Positions 17,260 through 26,503 of a DNA stretch of 64,000 nt are shown here, piece after piece. Each line of letters opens with the position of its first letter. The stretch's first letter is position 1. The notes beneath the pieces were generated by a model, which saw only the letters and a list, made by a program, of their open reading frames with translations, searched no databases and was not told the origin of the DNA. The DNA lies in the NCBI GenBank assembly GCA_964551875.1, contig CAZKEV010000007.1:2455-66454 (forward strand), given 5' to 3'. This DNA is from an uncultured Methanomicrobiales archaeon (GTDB lineage Archaea > Halobacteriota > Methanomicrobia > Methanomicrobiales > JACTUA01). A program made the translations under genes and the position numbers.

Positions 17260-19758
17260 TTAGTGCCTGCGCAGGACGAGCAGTGCAACCGCTCCGAGGC
17301 CAACGAGGGCAACCAGTGCGCCGAACCCGGGCTGCGGCTTGGCAGTCGTGGGCACGGTGGTGGCTACCTCAGGGGTGGACACCGGGGTGGCTGGAACAGC
17401 TGTCACGACAGGCGTCTCGGCAGGAGTCGCAACCTCGGTGGGCTTGCCTTCAAGGACATTGAAGGTCGCCGTGGTGGTCTGGCCCGGCTGGACAGACTCC
17501 GCCTTGACGAGGTACTCGTCTGGCTTGTAGGTGGAGGCGTCAACGTCGAACGAGAACGTGTTGTAGGTGTCGCCCTTCTGCACGCTCACCGTGCCGGATG
17601 AACCGCTGAACTCGCCCGTCTGGGTCTTCTCGGTCGGCTTGAAGGACGCGGAGGTGACGGTCATGAGGATCTGGTCGCCCTCTGCGAGGTTCGTGGTACC
17701 GGTGATCTTGAAGGTGTCACCGACGTACTTGTCACCGATGGTGTCGATCCGGATCCAGGGCTCTTCTACCATGAAGGAGAGCTTGGTGTAGGAGTCGTCA
17801 ATGTTCGGTGAGTTGAGCAGCTCCACGAGGGCAGTTGCTGCATCGGACGCCTGCAGGCCAGCGATTCTCACCGTGGGAGTCTCGGGTGCAGTTGCCTTGA
17901 CGCTTTGTGAGAATTCCGCGATTGTGCAAAGCTTACCCGCCGGGCTACCCAAGACATCGAAGATACCGTTCATCATCGGGTGCTGCACGACGACGAAGTA
18001 CTGGCCGGCATAGAGGCTGTCGGTGTCGCCGCGGTCCAGCTTGTACTCGTAGCTTGCGTCAGACTTGACACTGGCCCCGTTCGAGCAGCTGCGGTAGTTC
18101 TTGCCGAAGATCCAGACGTTGATGTTGGTCGGCTTTCCTTCTGCCGTGCCCCGGATGTAGAGGATGTCACCCTTTGCAAGGGTGTTCGTGCTCGCGGACG
18201 CCGTCACGAAGGGCTTCTTCAGCACCACCGAGGCGGTGTTATACTGGACGTTCGAGAGTTTATTCTTCGTGTGGGCCTCGGAAACCGCGTAGATGGTGTA
18301 GGTCCCTGCGTCCAGCGAAATTAACAGCTGGGAGGTGTCCCACTTGAAGGACCAGGTGTTGTCCGTGTTGACATCAACCTTCTTGAAGGTGCTCTCAATG
18401 GTGTCAAGGCTTTCTTGGCTGACATTTGCAAGGTTGACACCATTGGTGGCCAGGTTCGGACCGGTGAGGAAGAGGAACACGCTCTTGCTGTCGGTGTTCG
18501 TCCCGGTCAGCTTGATGGTCTCACCGAGGTAGTAGGTACCGGTCCCCTCGTAGGTGATGGTTACCTGCCCTTTCTCTACGGTGACATCGACCGTATCATA
18601 CTTGGTGAGATCGGACGGGTCAATCACCTTGACGGTGTACTTGGTGTCGTAGGTCGTGGATGTCGTCTCGAACTGGATGGTACGGGTGCCATCGGCTGCA
18701 GTGGTGATGTTTGCAGCAGTCACGTTGTGGGCGGTGGCCAAGTATGCCGGGTTGACATCCGTTACAATACTCGTGTTAACCCCTAATCCTGTGGCGGTGA
18801 GGTTAGCGTTTGGAGGGGTGTTAACGTTAGACTGCCCGGCCGATATCTGCGGGTAATAGAAATTTGTGCTGACCGATGAATCCTTGAGGTATACCCAGTA
18901 GAACTTCTTGCTCTCACTGGTCACGGTCACGACGAAGGTGTTGCCGCGGACGACCGACTCCTTGTTGGTCGTGATGGTGATGGGCTTGGACAGCACCGTG
19001 AAGGTTACCGCGTTGGAGTTGGCCTCCTGGTTGTACCAGGGCATGGAGGTAATCCACTTCCCGGTCGCAGTGTAGGTACCGGCTTCGACACCCGTAAGGT
19101 CAATGGGCAGGCCGAATTCGAAGTCGCTGAACAAAACACTGCCCTTCAGGGCGATATTCCGGAGATCTTGGGCGTTGTTCCCGAAGATCATGACCTTGCC
19201 TCCGCCGGGCGTGGTGAGCTCGATGTTCACCTTGGCGGAATAGGTACCAGCTGCGGTCTTGTAATAGTTGCCCGCATAGGTGGAGACCAGCTTGAATGCG
19301 ATCGCCGTCGCCCGGGTCACACTCTTCCCGCCGATGGAGTCGGTGTGCGACGCGTTCAGGACCGCATCGAGCGCAACATCCGCGTGCTGTACCTGGATGT
19401 AATGGCTCTTGTTCACACCGTTGGTCGTGCCGTATCCGGAAACCCACGGGAACCAGATGCCCATGTAAGGCGGCGCCGTGTTGATCGAAAGTGTGCCGTC
19501 TGTGTTAAATGGGATCTCGGCCAGCTGCTGGCCGCCGCCGGCTACCGACGAATCGGGGTTGTCGTTTGAGAACTTCACAAGCTTTGTCGGAGCTGAGCCA
19601 GCGCCAGGAATGGCTGGAACATTGAGGTATGTCTCATACACAAAGGCCACGTCAGTGTTTTGCAGGGTGTTGATGTCTGGAGTCCTCGCCATGGCGGGAA
19701 CCGCCAGGAGAGCGACAAGAACAACTGCCGCGACCATCATCTTCATAGTACTCTTCAT
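17260..19758 (-). CDS. Probable major S-layer glycoprotein (Methanomicrobiales type) with PGF-CTERM archaeosortase signal
   Basis: AGGAGG RBS before the ATG at 19758, signal peptide, many N-x-S/T sequons, Thr/Pro linker, and C-terminal QPGFGALVALVGLGAVALLVLRRH. Confidence 0.88.
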   Translation of the reverse strand: MKSTMKMMVAAVVLVALLAVPAMARTPDINTLQNTDVAFVYETYLNVPAIPGAGSAPTKLVKFSNDNPDSSVAGGGQQLAEIPFNTDGTLSINTAPPYMGIWFPWVSGYGTTNGVNKSHYIQVQHADVALDAVLNASHTDSIGGKSVTRATAIAFKLVSTYAGNYYKTAAGTYSAKVNIELTTPGGGKVMIFGNNAQDLRNIALKGSVLFSDFEFGLPIDLTGVEAGTYTATGKWITSMPWYNQEANSNAVTFTVLSKPITITTNKESVVRGNTFVVTVTSESKKFYWVYLKDSSVSTNFYYPQISAGQSNVNTPPNANLTATGLGVNTSIVTDVNPAYLATAHNVTAANITTAADGTRTIQFETTSTTYDTKYTVKVIDPSDLTKYDTVDVTVEKGQVTITYEGTGTYYLGETIKLTGTNTDSKSVFLFLTGPNLATNGVNLANVSQESLDTIESTFKKVDVNTDNTWSFKWDTSQLLISLDAGTYTIYAVSEAHTKNKLSNVQYNTASVVLKKPFVTASASTNTLAKGDILYIRGTAEGKPTNINVWIFGKNYRSCSNGASVKSDASYEYKLDRGDTDSLYAGQYFVVVQHPMMNGIFDVLGSPAGKLCTIAEFSQSVKATAPETPTVRIAGLQASDAATALVELLNSPNIDDSYTKLSFMVEEPWIRIDTIGDKYVGDTFKITGTTNLAEGDQILMTVTSASFKPTEKTQTGEFSGSSGTVSVQKGDTYNTFSFDVDASTYKPDEYLVKAESVQPGQTTTATFNVLEGKPTEVATPAETPVVTAVPATPVSTPEVATTVPTTAKPQPGFGALVALVGLGAVALLVLRRH

Positions 19759-19890
19759 GCTTTTCCTCCTTACATTCACAGGCATGCTGTCAGAGTGTTT
19801 CGGCGATTGCCGAAATCGTGTTCACAATGCCCGATACTCCGATTGCACGGAATATGTGGTAGTGTTTGTGAATCACTTAATATATCTTTT
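19759..19890 (-). promoter_or_regulatory. S-layer gene promoter and ~100-nt 5' leader with hairpin
   Basis: Minus strand AAAAGA-TATATTAAG (BRE/TATA) at ~19876-19890. Perfect hairpin TTTCGGC-N4-GCCGAAA at 19798-19815. Confidence 0.55.
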
Positions 19891-20186
19891 GTGGTTGGTG
19901 TCTGCGGGAAAATCTGTTATACAAGCTCCGATCCCTGTGTCCAGCCCGTATACATGAGGAAATGTCTGGATCCTGATAAAAAGGCGAGATTCAGGAGACA
20001 GGAAACCCCCTCCCTGGTGCCTGCGATTCTGCAGGGGCCCGAGATACCGGAATGCCCGATGCCGCATGAACCGATTACCCCGCGAGATGGGGCACCTTGA
20101 TCCACGGTCTGTCCTGTGCATCGTACCATACCCCCGGAAAGGTCCATTCTCATACTTTAATGGCTTTCGGGATCAACACCTCCTCC

Positions 20187-20912
20187 ATGCGGATCATCCG
20201 TGCACCGAACCTTGCGAGGGCCCACGAGCTCGCGGTGAAGACGGTGCTCGAGAAGGGGTGGGTGCTCGAGACCGAGGACGGGGAGGGGACGGTGGAGTGC
20301 GACGAGATCGGGATCCGGGTGGATGACCCCCTCGCCGGGCCGATGGCCTCGCCCCTCTCCCGGTTCCAGCAGCGGTTCCTGGAGAAGTATGCCCATGACC
20401 TGATCCACGGGACCCATGCGGAGTTCGAGTACGACTACCATGGGAGGCTCTTTGACTGGGGGGAGGGGCTCTCGAGCGGGGGCCGGGAGGTCCACATCGA
20501 CCAGGTAGATTATATGGTAAGGAAACTCTCGGCGCAGCAGGCATCCCGGAGGGCGATCGCCATCACCTGGATCCCGCCCATTGACGAGGGCCTGGATGAC
20601 TGCCCCTGCCTCCAGCTTGTCCAGTGCCTGGCGAGGGGCGGGACCCTGCAGATGAAGGTGGTGTTCCGGTCCAATGATATGCTCTCTGCGGCGGGCCCGA
20701 ACATGTTCGCCCTCGTCCACCTCCAGCGGCACATCGCAGATGCCCTCGGTCTCCCCTGTGGCCCCTATACCCATATCTCGCTGGTGCCACACATTTATTA
20801 TAAGCGGGATATGAACGACCTCCAGGCCTTCTGCAGGGACGGGGCCGATATCCAGCCCGTCGATGCCGTCTGCTATGCCTGCGGCAGGTGCAGGGACCGG
20901 GGAAACCGCTGA
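20187..20912 (+). CDS. thyA: Thymidylate synthase (archaeal ThyA type)
   Basis: YDYHGRL, SRRAIAITW, DCPCLQLVQ and FRSNDMLSA motifs. Start reassigned to MRIIRA. Confidence 0.9.
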   Translation: MRIIRAPNLARAHELAVKTVLEKGWVLETEDGEGTVECDEIGIRVDDPLAGPMASPLSRFQQRFLEKYAHDLIHGTHAEFEYDYHGRLFDWGEGLSSGGREVHIDQVDYMVRKLSAQQASRRAIAITWIPPIDEGLDDCPCLQLVQCLARGGTLQMKVVFRSNDMLSAAGPNMFALVHLQRHIADALGLPCGPYTHISLVPHIYYKRDMNDLQAFCRDGADIQPVDAVCYACGRCRDRGNR

Positions 20913-20977
20913 TCCCGTCACCCGGGCCTTCCGTTCCGTCACCTTAATGAATTGAGAGGAGTTAACCTGAAGGGAAC

Positions 20978-21050
20978 AGCCCGGTAGTGTAGCGGTCAAT
21001 CATGCGGGACTCTGGATCCCGCGACAGCAGTTCGAATCTGCTCCGGGCTA
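20978..21050 (+). tRNA. tRNA-Gln(CTG)
   Basis: AGCCCGG/CCGGGCT acceptor, CGGGA-CTCTGGA-TCCCG anticodon arm, and AGCAG-TTCGAAT-CTGCT T arm. Confidence 0.95.
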
Positions 21051-21068
21051 TACCTTTTCGCTCTCTTT

Positions 21069-21565
21069 TCATGCGAGGAACGCTGCGATCACGCCCGCGA
21101 GGAAGATCCCGTCAAAGGGTCCCTGCGCCCCCGATGGAGACCATCGGAGCCCCCAGGTCCCGAATCCAGGATCGCAAGCCCTGCCGTCAGGAAGGATCCG
21201 GTCATTGAGACGGAACCAGCGAGGAAGTACAGGGAGATGAGGATCGGGATGAGGCCGCCCCCGACGTTGATGGCAAGGGTGGTCTTCCCGGCAGCGATGG
21301 GGATCCGGTAGAGGATCCGTACAAAAGGGACATACTCCTCGCGGTATACCAGCCCCCGGCCCTCCAGGGTTCTAACGGGAATGGTCACGAAAGAACCGGC
21401 AAGGGTAGCGAGGAGAATGAGGAGGGCCTCCCTCCAGGAGAAGCCGAGGTTGAGAAAGGCGGCCCCGACGATCCCCAGGAAGACCAGGGGGAGGAGCAGG
21501 AGCACCAGCCCCCCGAATATAAGGAGGGCGAGGAGGGTGAAGGGGTTGAAGATGTACCGGCCCAT
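21069..21565 (-). pseudogene. DUF1614-family membrane protein, disrupted
   Basis: The N-terminal part (LAINVGGGLIP) is intact. The conserved C-terminal SIGGAGTFDGIFLAG motif is split across two other frames, from an apparent internal deletion plus an extra C in GGGACCCTTTGAC. Confidence 0.7.
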
Positions 21566-21592
21566 CTGCGGGTAGTTGTACCGTTCACCTCC

Positions 21593-22189
21593 TTATCTCT
21601 TGCAGATGAAGGCGACATGGTCGCGGTGGTAGGGGAGGAGCCATGTCGAATCAAGGATGGTGTAATGGGGCCGGATCGCTTCCCCGACCCCGCCTTCCAC
21701 ATCCTCCGGCCTGGCCGCAGCGTCTATGGAACGCGTCTTGACAACGAGGACGAGATGCCCTCCCCGGGCGAGGAAGATCCCGTTCCTGATCGCGATATCG
21801 GCCTGGACGGGCGACGCCACGTCCTGGAAGATGAGGTCCACCTCCTCGACGATGGGGGCATACCCCTCCGGGTGCGCGGCATCGGCCATGATGGGTACGA
21901 TATTCTTCCTTCTCTCCGCGACCTCGAGGAGGTCCTGCATCGGGCGGGGCGCCATCTCGACGGCGTAGACCACCTCGACGTAATCGGAGACATGGGAGAC
22001 CGTGGTCCCGTGGGCCGCCCCAAGGTACAGGACCCGCATGGAGCCCGAGAGCTCGACCCCTTTCCCAAGATGAGAGAGAGCCGAGAGCTTGCTCCGGTAG
22101 GGATCCCAGACACGGTGGCCCGAGATCACCCGTTCCCCGTACACCCCGGCTTCCCCCGCCGAGACAAGGGTGTCCCCTATCCAGATCAT
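21593..22189 (-). CDS. flpA: Fibrillarin-like rRNA/tRNA 2'-O-methyltransferase
   Basis: RVWDPYRSKL, VLYLGAAHGTTVSHVSD and IFQDVA motifs. Confidence 0.95.
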   Translation of the reverse strand: MIWIGDTLVSAGEAGVYGERVISGHRVWDPYRSKLSALSHLGKGVELSGSMRVLYLGAAHGTTVSHVSDYVEVVYAVEMAPRPMQDLLEVAERRKNIVPIMADAAHPEGYAPIVEEVDLIFQDVASPVQADIAIRNGIFLARGGHLVLVVKTRSIDAAARPEDVEGGVGEAIRPHYTILDSTWLLPYHRDHVAFICKR

Positions 22190-23046
22190 CGTCGGCCCCT
22201 CGCCGATTCGATCATCCTGTCCGCCCCTTCGATGAAGCCCGGATCCAGGACTCCCCTGTAGTAATCTATCCGTGCCGCGATGGCGAGCCGGCCCGCGAGG
22301 ACCCGCGCCACCTTCCCCCGTGCACCCCTCGGGGCATTGTGCACCCTCAGGTGCTGGTAGATGATCCCGTGTTTCGGCGGGGGTGTCCCCCGGGTGAGGT
22401 GCGAGAAGAGTGCGCCCCTGGCGCCGAGGACCTGGATGGAGGATGCCGGAAGCCGTGAAAGGCCGGTGAGGCCCCCGGCAAGGGTCATGATGCGGGCGGC
22501 GACGAGGCCGCCAACGAGCCTCGCGCAGTTCGGGAGGATGACGAAAGCGCGGTCCCCGATCTCCCTCGCTAAGCGTGTCCGGATCTCGCGGAGCCTCAGG
22601 ATCCCGTCGAGCATCTCCTTCATGGAGCCCCCGGCATCCTCCTCTATCCTCGCGAGGACCTTCCGGGAGTCCCTGGGCCGGTACTTCCAGCCTTTCTCCG
22701 GGTGCAGGATCCGGTACCAGTCCGCGAGGCGTTCCGCGAGCTGGTTCACCGCCTGGTCCATCCCCTCGAGCGCCATGACCATCTGGATGAGTTCTGTATC
22801 CCTCCCCTGGAAGCTTTCGGTCATCCTGTCCCTTGCGAGGCGGAGGCAGATCTCCCTGAGTCTCTCAAGGTATTCGGCCCTGTCCTTCACCGCGCCGCAC
22901 TCCCGGGCCATCCTCCAGTCGGGGGGGATGATATCCTCGGGGCTGGTGCTGATGGAGTTCAGCCGGTCCACAAGGGCATCCAGACCCCCTTCTGCCCTTG
23001 TGCAGCCCCCTTCCTCCACGTCACCGAACCAGTAGGAGTGCATCAT
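22186..23046 (-). CDS. nop5: Nop5/Nop56 box C/D sRNP protein
   Basis: PASSIQVLGARGALF, PPKHGII and RGKVARVLA motifs. Adjacent to fibrillarin. Confidence 0.92.
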   Translation of the reverse strand: MMHSYWFGDVEEGGCTRAEGGLDALVDRLNSISTSPEDIIPPDWRMARECGAVKDRAEYLERLREICLRLARDRMTESFQGRDTELIQMVMALEGMDQAVNQLAERLADWYRILHPEKGWKYRPRDSRKVLARIEEDAGGSMKEMLDGILRLREIRTRLAREIGDRAFVILPNCARLVGGLVAARIMTLAGGLTGLSRLPASSIQVLGARGALFSHLTRGTPPPKHGIIYQHLRVHNAPRGARGKVARVLAGRLAIAARIDYYRGVLDPGFIEGADRMIESARGRR

Positions 23047-23109
23047 CCCGGAGATGGAGAGGATCTGCTCTTATATCTATGGCATCTGCCGCTTTCTGGG
23101 AGATCACCC

Positions 23110-24330
23110 TCACACCGCAAGAATCCCGAGGGAGAAGCAGATGACGGGAAGCATCACCGCGCCCATCGCGAAGAGGCGGGGGACGTTGACGAGAGGGGGT
23201 ACAACCCCGACCGCCGTAGCCAGGCAGAGGATGAGGAGCCCGAAGGGACCGGAGAAGAGGAAGGCGAGGAGAGCGACGAGGCTCATCACCACGAGATTCA
23301 GCGTACGGATCCCGAGCCCCTGGAAGATACCCGCCGACCGCGAGAGCCGGATGGTGAGGAGGTACGCCGCGAAGCCGGCGATACACCCGGCAAGGAGGAG
23401 GGATCTCATGGGAGGGAGCTCCTGGGTGGCAAGGGCGACCATCACCCCGTTCCGGGTCCGGGCGAGGGCATAGAGGGCAGCAAGGCCGACGAAAGCGTTC
23501 ACCGTATTCGCGGCACTGGCACTGAGGATATACTGGCGTGGTTCCCGATCATAACCACCGGCCGAGGCGACAAGTGCATTGGCCGTCGCATTGGAGAGGC
23601 CCGGGAGCCACCCGACGATCGAACCGGCGACTGCACCGAGAAGGATCCGGGTGGCGATGCCTCTCCCCGGGATGCGGATCCCCTCGAACCGCTGGGCAGG
23701 GAAGGGCGCGCTTGACGCGAGGAGGAGGGTCGAGAAGCCGAAGAGCCCTGCGAGGAGGGGGAGGAGGACCGGGGTGCCTCCGAAGGGGTGCCACGCGAGA
23801 AAGGAGTAGCGGAAGGAGAAGAGCCCGAGGAGCCCTGAGACGAGAAAGACAGAGAGCGCCCAGGACGGTGCCTCGGCGGTAACGATGAGGAGGCCCGCGA
23901 TACCGATGAGGAGGATCCCCATCCCCCAATCCAGGTAGGGCTGGAGGGGAGGGAGGAGGAGGAAGCAGAGGATGGAGATGGGGATCCCCACGACCACGGC
24001 GAGGGCACTCCCGAGGGCCGCGATCCGCACCGCCTCCTCGCCGAGGCCTTCCAGGCAGAGGGCGTGGGCAGGGAGCACGGAGAGGGCCGTATCGGGATCG
24101 GGAATGCCCAGGTAGGTGCTCGGGATGCTATCGAGGAAGGTATGGGTGATGAGGGCTGCGAAGAGGGCCGAGGCAAGGCCATCAGGGCCGATGGCAGAGA
24201 TGAGGAGCCCCTGGATGGAGAGGAGGATGGATGCCATGGTGTTGGAATGGACACCCGGGACAAGGCCGCTCACGGTGCCCATGCAGAATCCGATGACACA
24301 TCCGATGAGGATCCCGGCGACCACGTACAA
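23110..24330 (-). CDS. TctA-like tripartite tricarboxylate transporter permease (DUF112)
   Basis: GLVPGVHSN and LDSIPSTYLGIPD motifs with many hydrophobic segments. Start estimated at TTG 24330. Confidence 0.8.
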   Translation of the reverse strand: MYVVAGILIGCVIGFCMGTVSGLVPGVHSNTMASILLSIQGLLISAIGPDGLASALFAALITHTFLDSIPSTYLGIPDPDTALSVLPAHALCLEGLGEEAVRIAALGSALAVVVGIPISILCFLLLPPLQPYLDWGMGILLIGIAGLLIVTAEAPSWALSVFLVSGLLGLFSFRYSFLAWHPFGGTPVLLPLLAGLFGFSTLLLASSAPFPAQRFEGIRIPGRGIATRILLGAVAGSIVGWLPGLSNATANALVASAGGYDREPRQYILSASAANTVNAFVGLAALYALARTRNGVMVALATQELPPMRSLLLAGCIAGFAAYLLTIRLSRSAGIFQGLGIRTLNLVVMSLVALLAFLFSGPFGLLILCLATAVGVVPPLVNVPRLFAMGAVMLPVICFSLGILAV

Positions 24331-24403
24331 CAGAGTGCAGGCAAAAGGGTATAAAACCCGCAGAATGGATACGGTGATATCAGGAGAGGTCAAAAGCTTC
24401 ACG

Positions 24404-25099
24404 ATGCGCATCGCGGTCACGAGGATTGCCGAGAAAGGGGCGCGGGACGCTCTCACCTGCCGGCGGTACGGGCACGAGTGCTATACCGTCTCCCCGCTCA
24501 GGGCCGAGATCTACCCCGACCACGTCCGTTCCTTCGTCGATGCAGCGAACCGCGGGGATCTCGACTGCATCTTCTTTGCGAGCGCCGTCCCTGCCGAGGT
24601 GATGGGGCCGCTCCTCGTCTCGCCCCCGCGGGTCATCGCCATCGGCCCCCAGACCGCCCGTACCGTTGGGAAGTTTGGGATCCGGTGCGAGACGCTCCCG
24701 GCCTACTACTCGCGGGACCTTGTCCCGTACCTCGGGGACTGGATCCGGGGGAGGAGGATCGGGATACCCAGAGCTGATGTCCCGAACCCCGCGCTCCTCT
24801 CTGCGATCGAGAACGCTGGCGGCATCCCCGTCGAGGTGCGCTGCTATGGGCTTGTCCCGACAGGTACCCCCCTTGCAACCGACGGGGCAGATGCCCTCCT
24901 CTTCACCAGTGGATCCTCCTTCTCCCGAGCCGTGTGGCACCCCCGTCCCGACCTCCTCCTCGTCGCCATCGGGGAGATAACGGCCGGGGTCATGAAGGAA
25001 GGCGGCGCCACCCCTGCTGTCGTGGGAGACGGTTCCCTCGAGGGGACGCTCAAAGCCCTGAACCTCTTCCTCGGGAAAGAAGGCAGGCGAGGCGAATGA
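24404..25099 (+). CDS. hemD: Uroporphyrinogen-III synthase
   Basis: MRIAVTR, FFASA, VIAIGPQTA, LFTSGSSF and VAIGEITA motifs. Confidence 0.88.
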   Translation: MRIAVTRIAEKGARDALTCRRYGHECYTVSPLRAEIYPDHVRSFVDAANRGDLDCIFFASAVPAEVMGPLLVSPPRVIAIGPQTARTVGKFGIRCETLPAYYSRDLVPYLGDWIRGRRIGIPRADVPNPALLSAIENAGGIPVEVRCYGLVPTGTPLATDGADALLFTSGSSFSRAVWHPRPDLLLVAIGEITAGVMKEGGATPAVVGDGSLEGTLKALNLFLGKEGRRGE

Positions 25100-26007
25100 G
25101 TACAGAGAATTCTCCCTGTTCCGGCATCGTGGTGATCGACAAGCCCCGGGGACCCTCCAGCCACCAGGTGACGGCCTGGGCAGGGAAGATCCTCGACGTC
25201 ACTGTCGGGCACGCGGGGACCCTGGACCCCGCGGTCTCAGGAGTTCTCGTCGTGATGCTGGGGTCCGCGGTGAGGCTTGCGCCGTACCTCCAGAGGGGCG
25301 AGAAGGAGTACGTCTGCATCTGGAGGCTCCATGGCGATCTCCCGATGGCGCGGATCGAGAGGGTGGCGAAGGAGTTCGAGGGACGCATCTACCAGCGGCC
25401 GCCACGAAAGTCCGCGGTAAAGAGAGCACTCCGGATCAGGACCGTGAACAGGCTCGAGATCCTTGAGGTAGAGGGGAGATCGGTCCTCCTCCGTGTGGCA
25501 TGCGATGCAGGGACATACATCCGTTCCCTCTGCCACCACATGGGGCTCGCTGCGGGCCCCGGGGGGTCCATGCGCGAACTCCGGAGGACAAGGTCCGGAT
25601 CCTTCACCGAGGCCGACGCCCATCCCCTCCAGGAGCTGGAGGACGCTGCATATGCGGCACGGGAGGGGAATCCCACCCCGCTCCAGGAGATAATCCTCCC
25701 CATGGAGAGAGGAGTGGCGGACCTGCCCCGCATCACTATCCGCGATACCGCGGTGGATGCCCTCTGCCACGGGGCATCCCTCGCCGGGGTTGGGGTGATG
25801 ACTGCAGAGGGTACCTTTGGAACAGGGGATCCCTTGGGGGTCTTTACTCAGAAGGGCGAGCTTGTGGCCATCGCTGAAGCCCGCGTGGGCAGGGATGCCC
25901 TCCTCCCGGGTTCAACCGGCCTCGTGGCCGCTCCCCGTGCGGTGTTCATGGACCCTGCTACCTACCCGCGAGGATGGAAGAAGCGAAAGAAGGAATCGAC
26001 GGGGTGA
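25096..26007 (+). CDS. cbf5: H/ACA RNA-guided pseudouridine synthase Cbf5 (TruB family)
   Basis: IDKPRGPSSHQV, GHAGTLDPAVSG, QRPPRKSAVKR and GTYIRSLC motifs plus a PUA domain. ATGA overlap with hemD. Confidence 0.95.
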   Translation: MSTENSPCSGIVVIDKPRGPSSHQVTAWAGKILDVTVGHAGTLDPAVSGVLVVMLGSAVRLAPYLQRGEKEYVCIWRLHGDLPMARIERVAKEFEGRIYQRPPRKSAVKRALRIRTVNRLEILEVEGRSVLLRVACDAGTYIRSLCHHMGLAAGPGGSMRELRRTRSGSFTEADAHPLQELEDAAYAAREGNPTPLQEIILPMERGVADLPRITIRDTAVDALCHGASLAGVGVMTAEGTFGTGDPLGVFTQKGELVAIAEARVGRDALLPGSTGLVAAPRAVFMDPATYPRGWKKRKKESTG

Positions 26008-26050
26008 TTCGAAGGATTAGGGATAACAGGATTATCGACGTAATCTGAAT

Positions 26051-26369
26051 GCTCCCGGGGGCCGCCTCCGGCTCGCTCCCGCCGCTCCGGCACCCCCCAA
26101 TTGCGATAGCCCTGTCAAGGACCGCAGGATCGGAAGATCCCGGAAGCGGGGGGGCTGCCCGTGCGGCGGGGGGCGGGTGAGCCCCCCGAGAGCACTCCCT
26201 GAAAGGAAGAAACAGATGCCCATTAGATGGCTCTTCATTCAATCCTCCAATTCAATGGGCGGACGCTCTCGGGGGCTTCGCCCCCGCCGCTTCGGCACCC
26301 CCTGAATTGCGATAGCCCTCTGATAGAGGCTCCTCAATTCTGTGAGGATCCTCCACCCGGAGAGGATGG
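26051..26369. repeat. Cluster of three REP-like palindromic units (+,-,+) followed by three short hairpins
   Basis: Units at 26051-26113 (+), 26148-26193 (-) and 26265-26319 (+) share GCTCyCGGGGG(G)C-loop-CyCCCGCCGC-N2-3-GGCA-CCCCC. The two + copies also share AATTGCGATAGCCCT. Confidence 0.8.
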
Positions 26370-26418
26370 TTTAAAATGATCCCCGTCCTATGCTTTCGCG
26401 CAATCTCTCACAATCTTT

Positions 26419-26503
26419 GCTGAGGTAGTCTAGCGGTAAGGCGCAAGCCTGGAGAGCTTGTGGGGCGTCCTGCCCCTCGGGGGTTCAATTCCCCTCCTCA
26501 GCG
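26419..26503 (+). tRNA. tRNA-Ser(GGA)
   Basis: GCTGAGG/CCTCAGC acceptor, CAAGC-CTGGAGA-GCTTG anticodon arm, long variable arm, and TTCAATT T loop. Confidence 0.95.
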
